A stretch of DNA of 32,000 nucleotides. It comes from Clostridiaceae bacterium (lineage in GTDB: Bacteria; Bacillota; Clostridia; Clostridiales; Clostridiaceae). Made by a program: the position numbers and the translations under genes. The stretch spans positions 4,260 to 36,259 of the forward strand of contig JBEHWK010000010.1 in assembly GCA_040217795.1 (NCBI GenBank), given 5' to 3'. This document shows, one piece after another, positions 27,042 through 32,000 of the stretch; position 1 is the first letter of the stretch; each line of letters opens with the position of its first letter. Under the pieces are notes generated by a model that had not been told where the DNA came from, did not search any database, and worked only from the letters and a program-made list of their open reading frames with translations.

Positions 27042-27596
27042 GTGATAAAGGAAGTTATTGTTGTTGAAGGACGTGATGATGTCACCGCTGTAAAAAAAGC
27101 TGTAGACTCAGAAATAATAGCAGTAGGTGGCTTTGGAATCAATGCTAAAGTTATAGATAGAATAAGAGAAGCTCAAAAACGCAAAGGGGTAATAGTTTTG
27201 ACTGACCCTGATTATGCAGGAGAAAAGATAAGAAGGATTATTGCAAATAGGGTTCCGGGAATAAAGCATGCATACATAGGCAGGGATGAAGGGACTAAAG
27301 ATGGAGATATAGGTGTTGAAAATGCTGTTCCGGAAGCTATATTAAATGCATTAAACAGAGCTAAAGCAACTTTGATAGAAAAGAGAACCTTTTTTACAAT
27401 AGAAGACATGATGTTTTTCAAGCTGACCGGAGATAAAAAGTCAAAAGAGAGAAGGCATCTTCTGGGAAAGGAACTTGGTGTGGGTTATGGGAACTGCAGC
27501 CAGTTAATTTCAAGATTGAACAACTACGGAATATCAGAGGAAGAATTTGTAGAAGCTATGAATAAAGTAGAAAAATTAATGGAGAGTGAAAAATAA
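27042..27596 (+). CDS. rnmV: Ribonuclease M5 (Toprim domain)
   Basis: VVEGRDD and LTDPDYAGEKIR Toprim motifs. 184 aa with a GTG start 10 nt after GAAGGGAG. Confidence 0.9.
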   Translation: MIKEVIVVEGRDDVTAVKKAVDSEIIAVGGFGINAKVIDRIREAQKRKGVIVLTDPDYAGEKIRRIIANRVPGIKHAYIGRDEGTKDGDIGVENAVPEAILNALNRAKATLIEKRTFFTIEDMMFFKLTGDKKSKERRHLLGKELGVGYGNCSQLISRLNNYGISEEEFVEAMNKVEKLMESEK

Positions 27597-27599
27597 TTT

Positions 27600-28442
27600 A
27601 TGGATGTTAAAACTCAAGAGTTAGTAAAAAAATATAATTTTAAATTTACCAAAAGCCTGGGACAGAACTTCCTTATAGATGATTCAGTTCTTGATGATAT
27701 TGTTTCAGGTGGGGAAATAGGACCGGAAGATCTGGTTATTGAAATTGGTCCAGGAGTAGGAACGCTGACAAGAGAGCTTTTAAAAAAAGCTAAGAGGGTT
27801 GTTGCAATAGAATTAGACTCGGAATTAATTCCTATTCTCACAAATGAGCTTGGAGAAAATCCGAACTTTTCTTTAATACACCAGGATGCTCTGAAGGTAG
27901 ATTTACATGAAATCATTGGAGAGGAAAAAAGCGTGAAATTGGTTGCGAATCTTCCCTATTATGTAACTACACCTATAATTGCAAGAATTTTAAATGAAGG
28001 CTACAATTTTAAATCTTTGACAATAATGATACAAAAAGAAGTAGCGGAGAGAATTAATGCTGACCCTGACACTAAAGAATATGGAGCCCTTTCAGTTTTA
28101 GTTCAGTATTTCTGTAAAACAAAAATACTGAGAAAGGTATCGCCTGCATCTTTTATACCTAGACCAAAGGTGGATTCTATTGTAATCAGGCTGGATAAAT
28201 TGCAAGAGCCTCCTGTTATTCTGGAGAATAAAGATTTGTTCTTCAAAATAGTAAGAAACTCTTTCAATATGAGAAGAAAGACTCTATGGAATGCCCTTAA
28301 GTCTTTTGGACTTAAAAAAGAAGATCTTGAGGAAGTATTCACAGAAGCTGGAATTGATCAAAGAAGAAGAGGGGAAACCTTAAGTATTCAGGAGTTTGGA
28401 AGTTTGGCAAATTCTCTACATAATAAGATAAACAATAAGTAA
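27600..28442 (+). CDS. rsmA: 16S rRNA (adenine1518/1519-N6)-dimethyltransferase
   Basis: [16 protein letters not shown] and NLPYY(V)TTPI motifs. Starts 3 nt after the rnmV stop. Confidence 0.95.
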   Translation: MDVKTQELVKKYNFKFTKSLGQNFLIDDSVLDDIVSGGEIGPEDLVIEIGPGVGTLTRELLKKAKRVVAIELDSELIPILTNELGENPNFSLIHQDALKVDLHEIIGEEKSVKLVANLPYYVTTPIIARILNEGYNFKSLTIMIQKEVAERINADPDTKEYGALSVLVQYFCKTKILRKVSPASFIPRPKVDSIVIRLDKLQEPPVILENKDLFFKIVRNSFNMRRKTLWNALKSFGLKKEDLEEVFTEAGIDQRRRGETLSIQEFGSLANSLHNKINNK

Positions 28443-28454
28443 CATATGATTTTA

Positions 28455-28486
28455 AAAGAGCAGAGGGAAGAACCTCTGTTTTTTTA
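28455..28486 (+). terminator. rsmA terminator
   Basis: CAGAGG (28461-28466) pairs with CCTCTG (28473-28478), flanked by an A-run and a T-run (28479-28485). Confidence 0.75.
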
Positions 28487-28589
28487 TTGTATAGATAATT
28501 AAGGAGTATACAACTTTTAAAAACTTTGAACATATTTAAGTTATTCAAACATATAATGTAACGAATAAATATAGTGGAGGGTTTACAAG

Positions 28590-29660
28590 TTGGCACAAGG
28601 GAAATTGTACAGGAATTTCATAATACTGCAGGAAGATGAAAAAGGCCATTCCATGTCGGAAGACAAACCTGTTTCAGGGTATGCAAAGATTGAAACCAGG
28701 GATGAAAACTGCAAGATATCTTTTTATGTGCAAAATATAAAAAAAGATGGAAACAGGCATTACATGGTTTTGATATCTGATAAAAAAGAAAATAAGCAAA
28801 TTATAAATTTGGGAGCAGTGGACATAACAGACATAGGTAAGGTTGAGGCTTCTGTGGAGTGCTTATCAGATAACATAGGTGGACTTGGATTAAGTTATGA
28901 TAAGATATCAGGAGCTGCTGTCTATAAAGAAGCAGATGGAAAGAATATATTTATTATAACAGGGTTTATGAGTGGCAGTGAGCCAAAAGATAGTTGGAAA
29001 GAATACAGTATATGTAAATTTCAGGAGAAGAGGGAAAGAGGTGGAGACAGGAGGGTCAAAGAGGAACCGAGTATTAAAGAAAAGCCTTCAGAAGAAAAAG
29101 TTGTCATTGAGGAAAAAGCCAACAGCAAAGAGGAAATTGTTCAGGAACCTGTTTTAGAGATGAATGAACAAAATCACTTTGATAAATATGAGGCTTCTCT
29201 TCAAGAAAGGGAAAGCGATTCCGGAACTGATTCAGGAGGCGTTGTGTCAGAGTTTTTTGAGTCCTTAGCAGAAGATTTTGAAGTTGATAGAGATAAAAAT
29301 GAGAAAAAAGACATAAAACATACGAAATGGTATAAGGTGCATATTAATAATCTGGATGATATGACTGACATGAAAGATTACAATAAGTATACTATAATAT
29401 ATTATCCAATGATCAATTATTATCCTTACTTCAAGAAGCATGGTCATTATTGTATAGGATATAAATATAACAGCAGGGGAAAACTTAAATATATAATTTA
29501 TGGCGTTCCGGGAAAGAAAGGCAAAGAAGATCAGCCTTTCGGAGGAAAGACTGGTTTTGTAACATGGATGGAGGATTCAAGCATAGGGGATGATTTAGGA
29601 TATTGGTTGATGTTTTATGATTTCAGGAACTCTGTTATAGTTATCCCTATGGAAAGTTAA
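28590..29660 (+). CDS. Hypothetical cytoplasmic protein: N-domain, E/K/S-rich linker, aromatic-rich C-domain
   Basis: TTG start 8-9 nt after GGAGGG. 356 aa with no signal peptide or TM. No family recognised (see findings). Confidence 0.7.
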   Translation: MAQGKLYRNFIILQEDEKGHSMSEDKPVSGYAKIETRDENCKISFYVQNIKKDGNRHYMVLISDKKENKQIINLGAVDITDIGKVEASVECLSDNIGGLGLSYDKISGAAVYKEADGKNIFIITGFMSGSEPKDSWKEYSICKFQEKRERGGDRRVKEEPSIKEKPSEEKVVIEEKANSKEEIVQEPVLEMNEQNHFDKYEASLQERESDSGTDSGGVVSEFFESLAEDFEVDRDKNEKKDIKHTKWYKVHINNLDDMTDMKDYNKYTIIYYPMINYYPYFKKHGHYCIGYKYNSRGKLKYIIYGVPGKKGKEDQPFGGKTGFVTWMEDSSIGDDLGYWLMFYDFRNSVIVIPMES

Positions 29661-29682
29661 AGAGTAACATGATCAATTTTAT

Positions 29683-29709
29683 AAAAAAAGAGGCTTGCCT
29701 CTTTTTTTT
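29683..29709 (+). terminator. Intrinsic terminator
   Basis: AAAAAAGAGG, CTTG loop, CCTCTTTTTT, with a T-run to 29709. Confidence 0.8.
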
Positions 29710-29813
29710 ATATGGATATTTTTAGCTATTAACTTCAGATATCAAAAATGAATATTAGTTAATGGATAATAGTATAAATAATATTAGTATTAATAGAGTA
29801 ATTGAGGAGTTGT

Positions 29814-30374
29814 ATGAATAAAAAACAATTGGCTGTAACATGTATGCTGATGTTTCTCATGGGGGTGCTTTTTGTAGGACAAAGCATATTTCAGGAGAAA
29901 TTTAAGACAATTGTTCTTATAAACAATAATATTTCAGGTTTTCAAGAATATTCATCCAATAAAAAGGAAGTTGAATTTGTATTACCGATACAGTGGGAAA
30001 CCCTTGTTCAAAATTTCCCGGGAAATTATATTATTTATAACAATAATTTTTTTGACAATAATTCGGGAATTTATGGATATCTCCAGGTAATCAATTTTAG
30101 TGACGATGAAGAAAAACTTATACAATTTGATAAAGATTATATAAAAAACAAAGTGAGGAATTATAAGGAAGAGAAATTTAACGGCAAAAAATATAAAGGC
30201 ATTAAGGTATCGTATACATCCGGGGAAATTGAATCAAAAGAAATAATAAATAAAATATATTATATTAGAACAAACGACGACCGGATGGTTAAAATGGCCT
30301 TTAAGGTAAAATCAGATCTTTTTAAGGAGAGTTATGAACAGATATTTAAATCGCTGGTGGATTCTATTAAATAA
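29814..30374 (+). CDS. Hypothetical N-terminally anchored/secreted protein (186 aa)
   Basis: ATG 29814 lies 5 nt after GAGGAG. The hydrophobic N-terminus is LAVTCMLMFLMGVLFVG. The soluble domain is N/K/Y-rich and no family is recognised. Confidence 0.65.
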   Translation: MNKKQLAVTCMLMFLMGVLFVGQSIFQEKFKTIVLINNNISGFQEYSSNKKEVEFVLPIQWETLVQNFPGNYIIYNNNFFDNNSGIYGYLQVINFSDDEEKLIQFDKDYIKNKVRNYKEEKFNGKKYKGIKVSYTSGEIESKEIINKIYYIRTNDDRMVKMAFKVKSDLFKESYEQIFKSLVDSIK

Positions 30375-30376
30375 AT

Positions 30377-30405
30377 TTGATAAAGAGATGATTACGTATT
30401 ATAAT
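30377..30405 (+). promoter_or_regulatory. Sigma-A promoter of the lipoprotein-mrp unit
   Basis: TTGATA (30377-30382), 17-nt spacer, TATAAT (30400-30405). Confidence 0.6.
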
Positions 30406-30515
30406 TTATTTATGTTAAGGGGAAGCTAAGCTTCTCCTTAGTTAGTAATGGTCTGCATTAAGGAAAACCTCATATATAGGAATGTAATCAGGAGATTAAA
30501 AAAGGGAGAGCGGCA

Positions 30516-31343
30516 ATGTTAAAAAAAATTTTCAAATTTGTAGTACCACTGATAATTATAACTGCTTTATTATCGGGATGTTCAACCATGGACAACATTA
30601 AACTTAAGCTTGGATTAAGGAACAATGATTTTGAATATATGAAAAATGACAACATAGACCAAATAATTATTCAAAGTACAAGGGATACTGGTTTCAGATT
30701 TGTAGTGACAGATAATAATACAATTGAAAATATGTATAAACTTCTTTCTTCTTCAAAGGAAGCAAAAGAAAAGATAGATATGGAACCCGATTACATATTT
30801 GAAATACATATTGGAGAAGAAGTGAAAAAATTTAAATATGTAGTAGGAGTAAGCTCTAATAATAAAGGAAACTTTTATGACGATAATAAGGTGTATTCTG
30901 TTTCAAGCAGATTAGATAATGATATTATACAGAACCTTTCTTTTTTAAGAAAACCACGAGAATTTTCAAAGATATACTTTGGAAGCATTCTGAAGGTTAT
31001 GCAGGAAAAAAAGGATTATCTGAATGCAGAAAACAAAAAAGTTGGTATAGAAATTTTAAGTGATGTAGAATGCACAAAATATATGCTTTCAATAGATATT
31101 GAGGATTTTAAAAAGAATGTTACTGATATTGTAAAGAATGCAGATATTATTAAGGGAAATAAGGAGAATTTCAATATAATTGTTACTGTGAGTAATCAGG
31201 GATACACATCTAAAACTTTTAAAACAATAATAACTATAGAAGATAAGGTGGATCACAGCTATTTTGAATACTATGTATCAGGAACTTATGAACTTAACAG
31301 CTGGGATATTTCATTAGATACTAAGAAACCCGCCGATTGGTAA
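30516..31343 (+). CDS. Hypothetical lipoprotein (275 aa)
   Basis: Signal peptide KIFKFVVPLIIITALLSGC ends in lipobox L-S-G-C. RBS GGGAGAG lies 5 nt before the ATG. No family recognised. Confidence 0.75.
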   Translation: MLKKIFKFVVPLIIITALLSGCSTMDNIKLKLGLRNNDFEYMKNDNIDQIIIQSTRDTGFRFVVTDNNTIENMYKLLSSSKEAKEKIDMEPDYIFEIHIGEEVKKFKYVVGVSSNNKGNFYDDNKVYSVSSRLDNDIIQNLSFLRKPREFSKIYFGSILKVMQEKKDYLNAENKKVGIEILSDVECTKYMLSIDIEDFKKNVTDIVKNADIIKGNKENFNIIVTVSNQGYTSKTFKTIITIEDKVDHSYFEYYVSGTYELNSWDISLDTKKPADW

Positions 31344-31393
31344 TTAAATTTGCATAAGGCGGTTAACTTCATTTAGTTTAAGGAGGAATTATT

Positions 31394-32000
31394 ATGTCAG
31401 GTTGTTCAACTTGTGCAAGCAAAGAAACCTGTTCCACTAAGGATACTGGGTGCAGCACACAAAATATAAGTATTAAGGTTATGCCTAAATATGGAGAGGT
31501 AAGAAATATTATTGGCGTTATAAGCGGAAAGGGAGGAGTAGGTAAATCTACAGTGACCGGTCTTATAGCAACACAATTAGCTAAAAAGGGATATAAGGTA
31601 GGAGTATTGGATGGAGATATTACAGGCCCATCAATGCCTAGATTTTTTGGAATTAACAACAAAAGAGCAACAATGGCTCCTGTTGACAACAATAATAACT
31701 TTAAATTTATACCTGTTGAGAGCGCATTAGGAGTTAAGGTGATGTCCATGAACCTGCTTACTCCCGATGAAGATCAGCCGGTAATTTGGAGAGGTCCTGT
31801 AATTACAGGAGTCTTAAATCAAATGTATACTGATACAGAGTGGGGTGAGCTGGATTATTTGCTTATTGACATGCCTCCGGGAACTGGAGATATCGCACTT
31901 ACAGTAATGCAAAACTTTCCCCTTAAAGAATTGATAATTGTATCCACTCCGCAGGATATGGTTTCCATGATTGTAAAGAAAGTAGTTATAATGGCCCAAA
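31394..32000 (+). CDS. Mrp/ApbC/NBP35-family Fe-S cluster carrier ATPase (5' part, continues past the window end)
   Basis: Missing from the ORF track because it is open at the window edge. ATG 31394 lies 7 nt after AAGGAGG. My translation is MSGCSTCASKETCSTKDTGCSTQ...GVISGKGGVGKSTVTGLIA...VIWRGP...LLIDMPPGTGD, with a deviant Walker A. The minus-strand ORFs at 31378-31749 and 31814-31999 are its shadows. Confidence 0.9.
   Translation, partial: MSGCSTCASKETCSTKDTGCSTQNISIKVMPKYGEVRNIIGVISGKGGVGKSTVTGLIATQLAKKGYKVGVLDGDITGPSMPRFFGINNKRATMAPVDNNNNFKFIPVESALGVKVMSMNLLTPDEDQPVIWRGPVITGVLNQMYTDTEWGELDYLLIDMPPGTGDIALTVMQNFPLKELIIVSTPQDMVSMIVKKVVIMAQ

Noticed and set aside
28527-28557. Sigma-A reading of the promoter before the 356-aa gene (TTGAAC ... 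TATAAT)
   Set aside because: The spacer would be 20 nt, outside the functional 16-18 nt range.
1-32000. Window-wide look for CRISPR arrays, tRNA/rRNA genes, IS elements, integrases, toxin-antitoxin pairs, and long direct or inverted repeats
   Set aside because: No spaced repeat arrays, transposase or recombinase motifs, or rRNA/tRNA-like sequences were visible by eye. The only strong palindromes are the intergenic terminators listed as features.

Overview
AT-rich, Clostridium-like (low-GC Firmicute) chromosomal window made up almost entirely of housekeeping genes, mostly on the + strand. It contains the conserved Firmicute block metG-tatD(yabD)-yabE-rnmV-rsmA(ksgA). It also has ileS and metG behind T-box leaders, a CcpA-like LacI regulator, spmA-spmB, two ABC transporters (one FetAB-like), an M24 Xaa-Pro aminopeptidase, a phasin-like/UbiB-kinase pair, an archaeal-type PEP carboxylase, two orphan radical-SAM genes, an RlmI-type methyltransferase and an Mrp/ApbC Fe-S carrier. 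Two genes run off the window edges and are missing from the ORF track: a PflX-like radical SAM at 1-245 (-) and mrp at 31394-32000 (+). I found no tRNA/rRNA genes, CRISPR arrays, transposases, integrases or long repeats. Nearly every transcription unit has a readable sigma-A promoter and a hairpin terminator. I see no convincing new multi-gene system; this looks like an ordinary core region. The best leads are: (1) an unassignable 356-aa three-part protein after rsmA with a sigma-E-like promoter, followed by two envelope-anchored unknown proteins; (2) a phasin-like gene and a UbiB/ABC1 kinase gene separated by a leaky-looking terminator; (3) a DUF45/M48-type metallohydrolase gene disrupted exactly at its metal-binding motif; (4) an archaeal-type PEPC; (5) terminator-like or anti-SD-like hairpins in two 5' leaders. 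All family assignments come from motif recognition by eye and memory, not database searches.
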